Below, in pieces: positions 8,663 through 19,039 of a stretch of DNA of 64,000 bases. The DNA lies in contig JBEKIW010000001.1 of the NCBI GenBank assembly GCA_050011565.1, positions 576,001 through 640,000 of the forward strand, read 5' to 3'. Source of the stretch: Dehalococcoidia bacterium (GTDB lineage Bacteria > Chloroflexota > Dehalococcoidia > GIF9 > UBA5629). The position numbers and the translations under genes were made by a program. The first letter of the stretch is position 1. Each line of letters starts with the position of its first letter. The notes under the pieces are model-generated. The model was not told where the DNA came from. It saw nothing but the letters and a program-made list of their open reading frames with translations, and did no database searches.

Positions 8663-11005
8663 GTGACTATGCCTAATGATTGGGGAATTAAGAAAAGCCT
8701 GATTTTGTCGCTGGCTATTTTGTTGGCTTGGCTCGGGCTTCTTGGGCTAGCTAGTGCTGGTTTCGATGTCCCATATCTAAGGCAGATCGTTGGCTTCATT
8801 TTTTTAACCTTTGTCCCCGGCATGCTCATACTCAGGATACTGCGAATTCACAACGTTGGCTTAATAGAGAGCCTGGTCTACTCAGTTGGCTTAAGCCTGG
8901 CCTTCATTATGTTCAGTGTGGCATCGATAAACTTCATCCTTCCGCTCATTGGCATTCTTCGGCCGATTTCACTGCTGCCGGTAACCGCCACTCTGGTAGT
9001 GCTGACGCTAATATTGATGACTCTCGCCTATGTGCGAGACAGAGGTTTCACACATCAAGGTGAGGCAAAGCCGAGAGAAAAAATATACTTGCCGGCAGTC
9101 CTCTTCCTTATCTTGCTCCTCCTGTTGACCGTTCTCAGCGTCGCCTTAATCGATGCCTATCAGAATAACATTTTGCTTCTCATTTGCTTAGTTGCCATAG
9201 CTGGAGTTGTTGGCCTGGCTGCCTTCGGCAAGTTCATCCAACCGAACATCTATCCGCTGGCCATATTCATCATAGGCCTCTGTCTTCTGTACCAGACAAG
9301 TCTGATGTCCCCTTACCTGATAGGCTCGGACATTTACACCGAGTACCACTACTACAAACTTGTGGCTAGCTCCGGCTTATGGGATGCTTCAATCCCCAGC
9401 ACCGTCAATTCATGCCTGAGCATCACCATGCTGGCGCCGGTCTATTCGCTATTCCTCAACATAGATGGTATATGGATTTTCAAAGTGGTTTATCCTCTTC
9501 TCTTTGCGTTGGTGCCCTTAATTCTGTTCCATACTTTCAGCCAGCAGATGAGTTCAAAGAAGGCGTTTCTCGCCACCTTCTTTTTCGTGGCGGTGCCCAC
9601 CTTCTCGCTGGAGATGATTTCCCTGTGCCGGCAGCAGATTGCCGAGCTTTTCCTGGCTCTGGTCATTCTGCTTCTGGTGGACAGAAAGCTTAGCTTGATG
9701 CCAAAATTGGCACTGGCACTCATCTTTGCCACCTCAATAGTCGTCTCCCACTATAGTGTAGGCTTTATTGGTTTCATCTATATGGGGCTTTTCCTGCCAT
9801 TTGTATTGCTGCTAAGAAATAACATCTTCAGGAAGGCATGGAGCTGGTTGACCAAAAAATTCGGCGGCTTGCCCAAGAGCTTAATGTCACCAAAAGCCCT
9901 GCCCTTAAAATTGCTGATAATATTAGTAGTCATATACTTCGTAGCTGGCTTTGCCTGGTACGGGACTATTGCCTCGGGAGTAAACCTTAATTTGCTAAGT
10001 AGCGTGTGGACTGGACAAACGGGTGTTATCACAACCGAGCTTGCTAAAATACCTACTCAAACTACTCAATCTGCTCAACCTCTTGCGTTCTTTGACTTCA
10101 GCAATCGTGATCCATTGATTCAGACTGCCTTAGGGCTTGATTTCCCACAGGCATCATTACAAGGAAAAGGCTTCCGGATATTCCAGTTTATAACCCAAAT
10201 TTTCCTGATTGCTGGATGTCTCAGGCTCATCTTCAGGCCTAAAGGCTTGAGATTTACCACTGAATACATTGCCCTAAGTGTGACCAGTGTCCTGCTAATA
10301 TCAGCCTGTATTTTCCTGCCCGGATTTGCCAAGGGGCTGAACACCACACGGTGGTATCACATCACCTTGATCACATTAGCACCTTTCTGCATCTTGGGTG
10401 GTGAGGCTATCTGGCTGGGTATAAATTCTCTATGGCATAGGTTAAGGCATGCGATACACAAAGCCGTGGCCGAAAAGGCTGAGGACAGCCAAGCTTTCCT
10501 TGGCTTCATGGCTCTGGGCATTTTGATACCCTACTTCTTGTTCACCTCCGGCTTCATCTACGAGGTCACTAGGCAAGAGGTTACTGACAGAGTTGACACC
10601 CCTTACTCCATCGCTCTCAGCAGCTACCGCCTGGACCTGGCTGGTGTCTACTACTGGCAGGATGATGCTGCTGCCAGCTGGCTGACACAACAAGCCAGCG
10701 ACAAGACCAAGGTTTACACTGACTACCACGCCTCTAAGCCTCTAGCGTTCCATGAGTTCCCGGGGCAAATAGTTGGTTTACCCTTGGATGCCAGCAAGCT
10801 TTCAGAAGACGGCTACTTCTATTTTAGCACCTGGAACATGGGCAAGGGTGAAATGACCTTTGTTGTTTACCAAATATCTGGGCAGCCTATAGCTGGGCTG
10901 AGGCAGAGTAAAAGCTTTGCTGATATTCCGGGACTGAACGAAGTTATGGGGGAGAAAAACAGAGTCTACAACAACGGCGGCGCTCAAATTTTGGCGCCAA
11001 GGTAA
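8663..11005 (+). CDS. Large multi-pass membrane protein, DUF2206-like (archaeal-type; possible GT-C fold)
   Basis: Many hydrophobic segments, LRQIVGFIFLTFVPG, GSDIYTEY loop, RQQIAE, SHYS, C-terminal NRVYNNGG; family assigned from memory of its motifs. Confidence 0.7.
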   Translation: MTMPNDWGIKKSLILSLAILLAWLGLLGLASAGFDVPYLRQIVGFIFLTFVPGMLILRILRIHNVGLIESLVYSVGLSLAFIMFSVASINFILPLIGILRPISLLPVTATLVVLTLILMTLAYVRDRGFTHQGEAKPREKIYLPAVLFLILLLLLTVLSVALIDAYQNNILLLICLVAIAGVVGLAAFGKFIQPNIYPLAIFIIGLCLLYQTSLMSPYLIGSDIYTEYHYYKLVASSGLWDASIPSTVNSCLSITMLAPVYSLFLNIDGIWIFKVVYPLLFALVPLILFHTFSQQMSSKKAFLATFFFVAVPTFSLEMISLCRQQIAELFLALVILLLVDRKLSLMPKLALALIFATSIVVSHYSVGFIGFIYMGLFLPFVLLLRNNIFRKAWSWLTKKFGGLPKSLMSPKALPLKLLIILVVIYFVAGFAWYGTIASGVNLNLLSSVWTGQTGVITTELAKIPTQTTQSAQPLAFFDFSNRDPLIQTALGLDFPQASLQGKGFRIFQFITQIFLIAGCLRLIFRPKGLRFTTEYIALSVTSVLLISACIFLPGFAKGLNTTRWYHITLITLAPFCILGGEAIWLGINSLWHRLRHAIHKAVAEKAEDSQAFLGFMALGILIPYFLFTSGFIYEVTRQEVTDRVDTPYSIALSSYRLDLAGVYYWQDDAAASWLTQQASDKTKVYTDYHASKPLAFHEFPGQIVGLPLDASKLSEDGYFYFSTWNMGKGEMTFVVYQISGQPIAGLRQSKSFADIPGLNEVMGEKNRVYNNGGAQILAPR

Positions 11006-11048
11006 CCATTGAAAGCTCATGACGCGGTAGGCGACAGTTGAGCATTCA

Positions 11049-12215
11049 TCAGGCTTTGGTGTGGATATGGCGGGAAGAATAAGTATCTTCGAGTATTTGA
11101 AGTGTTTGTTGCGCTGCCTTTTTCCAGGAAAAGAGCTTAGCCCTTTCCAATCCCTTCCTACGCATTTGCTCCCGGAGCTTACCGTCTGAAACAACTTTAT
11201 ATATTGCTTCAGCTATTTCATCAACGTTATACGGGTCTACAAGTATGCCAGCATCACCTACCACTTCGGGCAGTGAAGAGGCGTTTGAGGTTATCACCGG
11301 CGCACCACAGGCCATTGCCTCAAGTGGTGGTATCCCGAAGCCTTCGTGAAGAGAAGGAAAGACGAACACATCGGCACCGCTCATCAAAAGAGGCAATTCT
11401 TCTTGAGGCACATACCCAGTAAAAATTACCTCACCCTCTAATCCATTTCTTCTCACCGCCTGAAAAACCTTTTCATCGCCCCACGCCCGCTTGCCAGCTA
11501 TGACCAGCTTGTGAACGATTTTGCCATCTCTTTTTAGAGAAGCGAAGGCTTCAACAAGCCTGAGGATGTTCTTCTTCGGTTCCAATATGCCAACGTAGAT
11601 TATATAGCTACTAACTATGCCATATTTCCGCAATGCAGTTTCTACCTTATGTGGATCTGGTGAGGGTTTGAAAATATCGTCATCATATCCAGGATAGACA
11701 ACGGAAATCTTCTCAGGTTTTGCCCCGAGAAGGTTGATTAAATCTTTCTTAGTTGACTGAGAAATCGCGATAATTTTGTTGGCACGTCTAGCTGCATGCG
11801 AAACCTCTTTGCCAAACTTAAACCGGAAATCAGCCCTATGAGCACCTTTCAGAACCACAGGAGTAAGGTCATAAATTATAACAACCCGGGGATAAGGGTG
11901 GTATAGAGGCAGAGCGGGATGTGTTGACAGAAACAAATCTGGCTTGTCCAATGATAGTTGCGCGGAAAAGCCAGTATAGTACCAGAACGTCCAGGAGTAC
12001 CAGAATGGCAGAAAGCTGAGTAGGTCCGGTACCTCTTTAATCGTGAAATTGTCATTCTCAATGCTGAGTTTCCCAGTCTCAAGCCGCATACTATATACAG
12101 TATATCTGTTTCTGCTATCGACCTTGGCTAAAGATTCAAGCAGGTTGGTGGTATAAGTTGCCAGCCCCGCTCCCTGCCTATCTCCTAGCCATACAGCATC
12201 AATAGCAATATGCAT
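11049..12215 (-). CDS. GT4 glycosyltransferase (mannosyltransferase MtfB/WbaZ-like)
   Basis: Start moved to MHIAID; YVGILEPKKN, FVFPSLHEGFGIPPLEAMACG. Confidence 0.92.
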   Translation of the reverse strand: MHIAIDAVWLGDRQGAGLATYTTNLLESLAKVDSRNRYTVYSMRLETGKLSIENDNFTIKEVPDLLSFLPFWYSWTFWYYTGFSAQLSLDKPDLFLSTHPALPLYHPYPRVVIIYDLTPVVLKGAHRADFRFKFGKEVSHAARRANKIIAISQSTKKDLINLLGAKPEKISVVYPGYDDDIFKPSPDPHKVETALRKYGIVSSYIIYVGILEPKKNILRLVEAFASLKRDGKIVHKLVIAGKRAWGDEKVFQAVRRNGLEGEVIFTGYVPQEELPLLMSGADVFVFPSLHEGFGIPPLEAMACGAPVITSNASSLPEVVGDAGILVDPYNVDEIAEAIYKVVSDGKLREQMRRKGLERAKLFSWKKAAQQTLQILEDTYSSRHIHTKA

Positions 12216-12234
12216 ATGCAATCTCCCACGGTCA

Positions 12235-13365
12235 CTATCGAGAAAAAGCCTCAAATAACCGCAGCATTTCTTTTGCCGCCTTGTGCCACGAGAATAACCT
12301 TGCTCTTTCCAATCCCTTTCGGCGCATTTGTTCGCGAAGGTTACTGTCCGATATCACACGGTACATTGCCTCTGCAATTTCTTGGATATTGTACGGGTCT
12401 ACCAATATACCAGCATCACCTACCGCCTCTGGAAGAGAGGAGGCATTAGAGGTTATCACCGGTGTGCCGCAGGCCATGGCTTCAAGCGGCGGTATCCCGA
12501 AGCCTTCATGGAGTGACGGGAAAACAAAAACATCTGCCCCATTCATCAGCAAAGGCAGTTCCTCATGCTGCACATAGCCTGCAAGGATGACCTCATCATG
12601 TATAGCAAACTTGTCAATTGCACGAGAAACAGCCTCATGACCGAATGATTTCTTGCCAACCATCACAAGTTTATGTGGAAGCCTTCGTTCCTTCTTCAAA
12701 AGAGCGAAGGCTTCGATGAGGCGAGGAATATTCTTGTTGGTCTGCAAAGTCCCGGCGTACAGTATATACTTATGAGGTATATTGAATTTTCGCATGGTTG
12801 ATTTCACCTTGTTTGGTTGCACTTCAGGTTTAAAGACACTGTCATCATATCCTGGATAAATGACATGTATCTTCTCAGGCTTAGCGCCGAGCCGATGGAT
12901 TAAATCATTCCGTGTTGATTGCGAAATGGCGACAATTGCATCAGCATTTTTGACTGTGTGTGAAATATACTTCTCGAATATAGCACGTGCGTACCACGGG
13001 TAAGTTCCCTCAACGATTAGTGGTATTATGTCATAAACTATGGCAATTGCTGGTGATGGGCAATAGAGAGGTAATGCAACATCCGTCGATAGGAATAAAT
13101 CCGGCTTACCTAGTGATAGCTGCACATCAAAGCCAATGCGGTGCCACAACCTCCAAATAAGCCTAAGAATTTTGGGGCGTGGTATCTTTTCAATTCGGAA
13201 CTTATTGCTTTCGATACCCAATTCTATCTTACTAAACTGCGTACCTTGAATAGTGTAATTGTTTGTTCTATCGATACTGGCTAGCAGTTTAAGTATGTTT
13301 AAAACATAAGTTTGTACACCTGTTGGCTTTTCACCAAGCGGCGATGCGTCAACGATAATATGCAT
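12235..13365 (-). CDS. GT4 glycosyltransferase, tandem paralog of the adjacent gene
   Basis: MHIIVDA, YAGTLQTNKN, FVFPSLHEGFGIPPLEAMACG. Confidence 0.92.
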   Translation of the reverse strand: MHIIVDASPLGEKPTGVQTYVLNILKLLASIDRTNNYTIQGTQFSKIELGIESNKFRIEKIPRPKILRLIWRLWHRIGFDVQLSLGKPDLFLSTDVALPLYCPSPAIAIVYDIIPLIVEGTYPWYARAIFEKYISHTVKNADAIVAISQSTRNDLIHRLGAKPEKIHVIYPGYDDSVFKPEVQPNKVKSTMRKFNIPHKYILYAGTLQTNKNIPRLIEAFALLKKERRLPHKLVMVGKKSFGHEAVSRAIDKFAIHDEVILAGYVQHEELPLLMNGADVFVFPSLHEGFGIPPLEAMACGTPVITSNASSLPEAVGDAGILVDPYNIQEIAEAMYRVISDSNLREQMRRKGLERARLFSWHKAAKEMLRLFEAFSR

Positions 13366-13550
13366 GTAACTTCAGCTATGAAATACTAGTTTAGTATGGA
13401 ATTGCAGACCACTATGCGAATCCTGTAAAATGAACCCACCTACTGGAAGGCATTTTCTAGCAGTGCGATTATATCACATAAGCGCTACGCAGTTTACCGC
13501 TGTTGCTGGACATATTCATCACTTAATATGCGAGAATGCGAGATTGAGCG

Positions 13551-14543
13551 TTGCTAATTTCAATGATAAACGTTCTTAATAAATTATGGCTGGCATTTAA
13601 AAAACTGGTACGTGGCTTGACGAAAAACATACTTCAGAGAAATCCAGAAATTGAATATAAAGTATCCACCATCAGCGAACGCATAGATGATATGTTGTAT
13701 AAAATTAGTAGTAAGAATTATGAATATATGAATGGTTTTCCGTATCCAAGGAAGGTAAATTTGCTGCGATCCAAATTATGTACAGAGTCTGATTTCCATC
13801 AACGTTGGTTTAGGCATTGGCGCAAGTTGCTGGGTTATAAATCTACGCAGTTGCATAGAAAAATCTGGGAATATGCCACCATTGCACAAGCACTTTACGA
13901 AAGAAACATGCTTGAACCAGGGAAAAAGGGGCTTGGTTTTGGCGTGGGGACAGAACCTCTGCCTTCATTATTCGCATCACGCCATTGCCATGTCCTGGCC
14001 ACAGATATTGGGCCTGATACAGAGGGAGGAAAACTATGGGTGCAATCAAAGCAACACTTGTTTTGTACAGGTGACTTAATCAAAAACAACCTCTTCGACG
14101 CAGCTTCCTGTAGAAAATATGTATCATACCAGCAAGTTGATATGCGTAACATACCTGAAAGCCTTAGGGATTTCGATTTTACGTGGTCTAGTTGCGCATT
14201 TGAGCATCTCGGCTCTATCCAAAATGGTATTAATTTTATAGTAAATCAGATGAGTTGCCTTAAAGAAGGCGGTTGGGCAGTTCATACGACAGAATTCAAT
14301 TTGACATCTAATGAGCGAACGTTGGAAGGCAAAGACCTTGTATTTTTCAGGAGGAGTGATATTGAGCACCTGATAGAGTTGCTAAATCAAAAAGGGTATT
14401 TTGTGGAAGAATTAGATACCAGCGTTGGATTGACGAAAAGTGATTATTTTGTAGATGTACCTCCTTATAGCCACAGCCCGCATCTGAAATTAAGAATGGG
14501 TAATTATGTTATTACTTCTATTATTCTTATTATTCGTAAGTGA
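13551..14543 (+). CDS. Class I SAM-dependent methyltransferase-like protein (start uncertain)
   Basis: HRKIWEY, GLGFGVGTEP, VDMRNIP, FDFTWSSCAFEHLG, LKEGG, HTTE. Confidence 0.8.
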   Translation: MLISMINVLNKLWLAFKKLVRGLTKNILQRNPEIEYKVSTISERIDDMLYKISSKNYEYMNGFPYPRKVNLLRSKLCTESDFHQRWFRHWRKLLGYKSTQLHRKIWEYATIAQALYERNMLEPGKKGLGFGVGTEPLPSLFASRHCHVLATDIGPDTEGGKLWVQSKQHLFCTGDLIKNNLFDAASCRKYVSYQQVDMRNIPESLRDFDFTWSSCAFEHLGSIQNGINFIVNQMSCLKEGGWAVHTTEFNLTSNERTLEGKDLVFFRRSDIEHLIELLNQKGYFVEELDTSVGLTKSDYFVDVPPYSHSPHLKLRMGNYVITSIILIIRK

Positions 14544-14619
14544 ATTGTGTTCAAGTGGCAATTTCTAAGATTTAATTTGTAATGCTTAACAGAAAATACT
14601 CTGGGGGCAGTCGTTAACA

Positions 14620-15708
14620 ATGTCCACACTAACTATAAAGAGCGCCGTGTTTAATGCCCTCAGGCATCTGGTCAGGCCTCTTTTTGGTACAGGAATAAGC
14701 AGACTTCCTGTGATAAAGAATCTATATCGTAATTTTTTGCTCAGCTTTGTGAATACTCCGCTGACTGTAAATGGCTACAAAATGTTTTGGTATCCTGAGC
14801 ACGCTGAGAAAGATGACCGGATCATGGAGACGTTATTTGCGTTTCACAACTACGAACCATACACTACAAGTCTATTTAAGCGGTTTGTAAGCGAAGGCAT
14901 GACTGTGGTCGATGTTGGTGCAAATCATGGTTACTTCACGCTATTGGCCTCTAAGCTTGTTGGCGATAAGGGCAAGGTATTTGCCTTCGAGCCTGACCCC
15001 GAAAGCTATGCAACGCTGGTTAAGAATATTGAGTTGAACGGCTACAAAAATATAGCCCCTTTACAGAAGGCAGTATCAGATAGAAGAGGGAAAGCCACCT
15101 TGTTTCAATATGAAGGTTCGGGAGTCAATAGCTTGCTTGTCTCTTACCATCGTTCAATAGGAAGTCGTTCACATCAATCGGTAGTAGTTGATTGCATAAG
15201 CCTCGATGAGTTTTTCGAAGAGAAAAAGCGTGAAATTGATGTGATTAAAATAGACGTTGAGGGTGGCGAAGTATCGGTGTTGAAAAGCATGAAAAAGATA
15301 CTTGAAACCAGTAATGAATTAAAGATTTTTATTGAATTTAATCTCGATTTCCTTCTAGAGGCGGGGATTGCACCACAGGAATACTTTGACCAGCTAACCA
15401 GCAGCGACTATAAATATATATACCGCATAGACGAAACGGAAGGTAAAATTGAGACGACTGATTGTGAACAAGCGGTTGAGTTTTGTTACAAATTAAAGTC
15501 GCCGCGATGCACAAATCTCCTCTGTTCCAAATGTGCAATAAATGTCGACAACAATATACAGCTGACTATCCATAAAGTTTCGACCCAGCGTCAGAATCGA
15601 ATAACCCGTCCCTGGCTCCGCGGTAACAGGCAGCGAGCTGCTTCATCTTCCGACGATACATCAAACTGCCGGTCACAAACCAGAAGCTGTAGCCAAAAAA
15701 GTAGATGA
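14620..15708 (+). CDS. FkbM-family methyltransferase
   Basis: YEPYTT, VVDVGANHGYFT, VFAFEP, IKIDVEGGE; the tail after about 15530 overlaps the convergent gene. Confidence 0.9.
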   Translation: MSTLTIKSAVFNALRHLVRPLFGTGISRLPVIKNLYRNFLLSFVNTPLTVNGYKMFWYPEHAEKDDRIMETLFAFHNYEPYTTSLFKRFVSEGMTVVDVGANHGYFTLLASKLVGDKGKVFAFEPDPESYATLVKNIELNGYKNIAPLQKAVSDRRGKATLFQYEGSGVNSLLVSYHRSIGSRSHQSVVVDCISLDEFFEEKKREIDVIKIDVEGGEVSVLKSMKKILETSNELKIFIEFNLDFLLEAGIAPQEYFDQLTSSDYKYIYRIDETEGKIETTDCEQAVEFCYKLKSPRCTNLLCSKCAINVDNNIQLTIHKVSTQRQNRITRPWLRGNRQRAASSSDDTSNCRSQTRSCSQKSR

Positions 15709-16498
15709 AAAAAATGATACATTGGCATCTTGTGGCATGCTTCTTAATAAGGCGTATTCGATTTCGCGTGCCATAATAATCCCTAAATCCGACATTTGTC
15801 TTATTCGCCGATTGCCCGACCTTGTGCCAGATCCTTGCCACAGGAGCATATATAACTCTGTATCCTGCTTTCTTCGCCCTGATACAATAGTCGACATCTT
15901 CCCAATAGCAGAAATAGGCCTCATCAAATAGTCCAACCTTCTGAACAACTTCATTTTTGACCAGCAGGCAAGCGGCGATACAGTCAACATCCTGCTGCTT
16001 CTCGTACTGACCATCGTCTATCTGTTTATCGCCAATAGAAAAACTCAGACCCTTAACCATAAGTACCTTGGAACCGGCGCTTTGGATGCGCTTAGGAAAA
16101 GCATAGTAGTAAACTTTCGGACCAGCTATTCCAATCGAAGCACCAGCCATGGCTGCCTCGACTAGATGGTCAAGAAAATCAGGGGCGACAGTAACATCAT
16201 TATTAAGCAACAGGAGGTAATCGGGCTGGGAATTATCCATGGTATATTTCATTCCGATGTTCATTCCACCGGCGAAGCCGTCATTCCTGTCGTTCTGAAT
16301 GAGATGTATATAATCGCCAAACGTTTCCTTTAGCACCTGGGCGTCATTCCCTTGAGAGCCATTGTCCACGACGATAACTTCATAATTGGGATAGGTAATC
16401 TTCTTCAGAGACTCAAGGCATTCTACAGTATCCTCAAGCCCGTTCCAGTTTAGGATTATGATGGAGACCCTGGGTTGTGCAAGTTTCACTTTTGCCAT
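15566..16498 (-). CDS. GT2 glycosyltransferase
   Basis: SIIILNWNG, VVDNGS, GFAGGMN, LLNND, YFCYWEDVDYC, IWHKVG. Confidence 0.92.
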   Translation of the reverse strand: MAKVKLAQPRVSIIILNWNGLEDTVECLESLKKITYPNYEVIVVDNGSQGNDAQVLKETFGDYIHLIQNDRNDGFAGGMNIGMKYTMDNSQPDYLLLLNNDVTVAPDFLDHLVEAAMAGASIGIAGPKVYYYAFPKRIQSAGSKVLMVKGLSFSIGDKQIDDGQYEKQQDVDCIAACLLVKNEVVQKVGLFDEAYFCYWEDVDYCIRAKKAGYRVIYAPVARIWHKVGQSANKTNVGFRDYYGTRNRIRLIKKHATRCQCIIFFIYFFGYSFWFVTGSLMYRRKMKQLAACYRGARDGLFDSDAGSKLYG

Positions 16499-17265
16499 TG
16501 TAGTAGCCCTATTCCACTCCAGCCCTGATTCCAGTCGCTAATAATCTCAGAATACTCATATTTAGGTTGCTTAATCTCATCCCAGAATCTACTTACTTCG
16601 CAGCCAGTTACCGCAGGCTTAATAACTATATCATGTAAGGCTATGATGCCCCCCCTTCTGACCAGGCGGCTAAACATCTCAAAATCTGTTTTTACACCTT
16701 CGTATGAATGATCACCGTCAATAAAAACAAAATCGACTTCTTTGCCGCCCAAAATATTCTTAACCCTAGCCAATATTTCCCAGCTGTGAGAATCTCCCCT
16801 TATCAAATGCAACTTCTGTTTTGGTAACCTGAACGTTTTATATAAGGGAATTCTCCACCAAGAATATCCGCCACCGAACTTGCCATAAGGAAGGTCAATG
16901 CTGATTATTGTGGCATCTTTGGCGGCTACACGACAAAATAAGAATAAAGTTCCCCCATTAGCGGTCCCGATTTCAATGATAACTTTGGGTCTTGCCTTAC
17001 TCAAAACCCTTAGCAGCCCCACAACCTCATCTCGAACCTGCATAGGCCTAATTGCCCCAGCATAACTGTGGAAGACATCGTCCACCAACTCGCCCAGAAT
17101 ATTTGAGTTGAACTTTTTTATCTCTAGAAACGCATAAGGAACGCCGAGAAACTCTCGCCATACATAGGCCAGAGCTTTTCGAGAGAACTCGACTATACCC
17201 TCTGTCCTGAGAATTTCCAGCGCTCTCGTTACGAAATTGTTCTTTCTTCCCATAAGGGTGACCAC
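16486..17265 (-). CDS. SAM-dependent methyltransferase (Methyltransf_24-like)
   Basis: IEIGTANGGT, SIDLP, GDSH, FIDGDHSYEGV, HDI. Confidence 0.88.
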   Translation of the reverse strand: MVTLMGRKNNFVTRALEILRTEGIVEFSRKALAYVWREFLGVPYAFLEIKKFNSNILGELVDDVFHSYAGAIRPMQVRDEVVGLLRVLSKARPKVIIEIGTANGGTLFLFCRVAAKDATIISIDLPYGKFGGGYSWWRIPLYKTFRLPKQKLHLIRGDSHSWEILARVKNILGGKEVDFVFIDGDHSYEGVKTDFEMFSRLVRRGGIIALHDIVIKPAVTGCEVSRFWDEIKQPKYEYSEIISDWNQGWSGIGLLQWQK

Positions 17266-17300
17266 TATCTCCTGACAATGTCTTGCTTATCTTTCAGATC

Positions 17301-17348
17301 CGCTAACACCTGAGCATCATCCCCTTGGAGCCATTGTCCACTACGATT
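17301..17348 (-). pseudogene. Frameshifted GT2 remnant (IVVDNGS / GDDAQVL)
   Basis: Reverse complement atcgtagtggacaatggctc-caaggggatgatgctcaggtgtta matches the IVVDNGSQGNDAQVL codons of the 15566-16498 gene with a 1-nt deletion. Confidence 0.7.
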
Positions 17349-17396
17349 GACCCTCACAATATATTAAGTTTTGCGTTATAAACAATTACCTTAGTT

Positions 17397-18251
17397 CTAT
17401 ACCCTTACGGCTATGATAATGTCTTGATAACTTAGGTAATCCTTCCTCCCACACCATGAACCATACTGTATTGAATTTACAATTTTTAGCCCAAATTTTT
17501 CATATAACTTATGGATATATTCTTCCGTATAAGCAACAGCATTTTCAGAAGTAGTTTTGCTTATTGTGCGATAATTCCCAAAACCGTACTTGAAATCCAA
17601 GGTGCTCAATTTTGCGTCAATAAGGGCCAATGACTGTGCGTTTAATAAGAAGTAAGTAATTAAGCATCTCTGCCCTTTTTTGAGAACACGGCTCACTTCA
17701 GAGAGATAGTTTTCCATGTCTTGGGGAAGCATATGAGTAAATACGGACTTGAGGAATACGAAGTCAAAGGATTCATCTTGATAGGGGAATCTGTATTCAG
17801 ATGCTTTAAATTTCCCCTTTGGGTTGTAGCCTTTGTTGAATATATCGGCTAACTGAAAGTGAAAATTTTGGTATTTAGAAGAAATGTTCGCTACGCACCA
17901 TTTAATCAATGCAGGAACTATGTCAAACCCTTCATATGTAGCACCTTTGTTCAAGTATTTTGTTAGTGGAGCAGCCATTTGACCACAGCCACAGCCAACA
18001 TCCAATACATCTTCGTTTGGTTTCAGACCGCATCTGTCTTTGAAGTACCTGAAAAACTCTTCGCCCACGGCTGCGTAAGAAGCGGCATCACTAAAAGGAC
18101 CCACGAGAGTTCTAATATAATATGGAGGTGTCAATGTATCCGTTAAAGATGGCACCCCATGTATCTCATATCCTAAGCTATTTACAATCTTTTGAACGAA
18201 ATATTTTGCTTTTTCAGTTATATTCATAGCCTTGCCTTCTACCAAATGCAC
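17397..18251 (-). CDS. Class I SAM-dependent methyltransferase (alternative start 18227)
   Basis: VLDVGCGCG, YEGFDI, FDFVFLKSVFTHM, RVLKKG. Confidence 0.9.
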   Translation of the reverse strand: MHLVEGKAMNITEKAKYFVQKIVNSLGYEIHGVPSLTDTLTPPYYIRTLVGPFSDAASYAAVGEEFFRYFKDRCGLKPNEDVLDVGCGCGQMAAPLTKYLNKGATYEGFDIVPALIKWCVANISSKYQNFHFQLADIFNKGYNPKGKFKASEYRFPYQDESFDFVFLKSVFTHMLPQDMENYLSEVSRVLKKGQRCLITYFLLNAQSLALIDAKLSTLDFKYGFGNYRTISKTTSENAVAYTEEYIHKLYEKFGLKIVNSIQYGSWCGRKDYLSYQDIIIAVRV

Positions 18252-18283
18252 TTCTTTCTCCTATGCACCATATTCTTCAGAAT

Positions 18284-19039
18284 TCATTTATTTCCCCTCA
18301 GTACGAAAACAACAGCCTTGGAAAAATTACACTTCCATTTTCTAACCAGCTTCGAGTTAGATAAGTAGGTATTTATGCCCTGCACTAAATAAAATGCTGC
18401 GGCGCAAAAGACATTATTCTTAGCCGCGAAACCATCTATGTCAATGATTTCAAAGCCATTATTCCCTATTAGCTTAAGCCACTTTTTGTAGCTCCACAAG
18501 CGTTCATCACCGTAAAGGCCCTGTTTTTCTACATTTTTGGTAGGGATACCGAAAATTACCATATCTGCAACTCTGGTATGCTCTTTTAATGCCCTGACAA
18601 TATCATCTTCATCGTAATGTTCCAGCACGCCGTAATGATAAATGATAGCAATGCTCCTAGCCTTAAACGGTAGGTCAAATAGGGTTCCTCTGATAAATTC
18701 AACAGCTCCGCCCAGCGATTCGTTATTTTGTTTACCACCGTCTATCACCTGAAAATCTATATCAAGAGCAATGACTTTATATCCAGAATTCAGGCTACTC
18801 AAGAAAATCGAGGTGAATCCGGTTCCAAACCCGGTCTCCAGGAGCGTATCACCTATCCTGGCATATTTCCTTATCATGGCTATGTATGGATAGTACCCCA
18901 AGGTTTCTTCCACAAAATAGGACAGCAAACCACCGGCTCGTTCCCTTCGTTCGGCAAAGGTGGACATCCATTTAGATGTAACGTGCAGTTTAGTCATTTC
19001 ATGATTAGCGCTTTTCAGCAATAAATAACCGACCGCCAC
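18284..19039 (-). CDS. Class I SAM-dependent methyltransferase
   Basis: LLETGFGTG, ALDID, LPF, GVLEHY. Confidence 0.85.
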   Translation of the reverse strand: MAVGYLLLKSANHEMTKLHVTSKWMSTFAERRERAGGLLSYFVEETLGYYPYIAMIRKYARIGDTLLETGFGTGFTSIFLSSLNSGYKVIALDIDFQVIDGGKQNNESLGGAVEFIRGTLFDLPFKARSIAIIYHYGVLEHYDEDDIVRALKEHTRVADMVIFGIPTKNVEKQGLYGDERLWSYKKWLKLIGNNGFEIIDIDGFAAKNNVFCAAAFYLVQGINTYLSNSKLVRKWKCNFSKAVVFVLRGNK

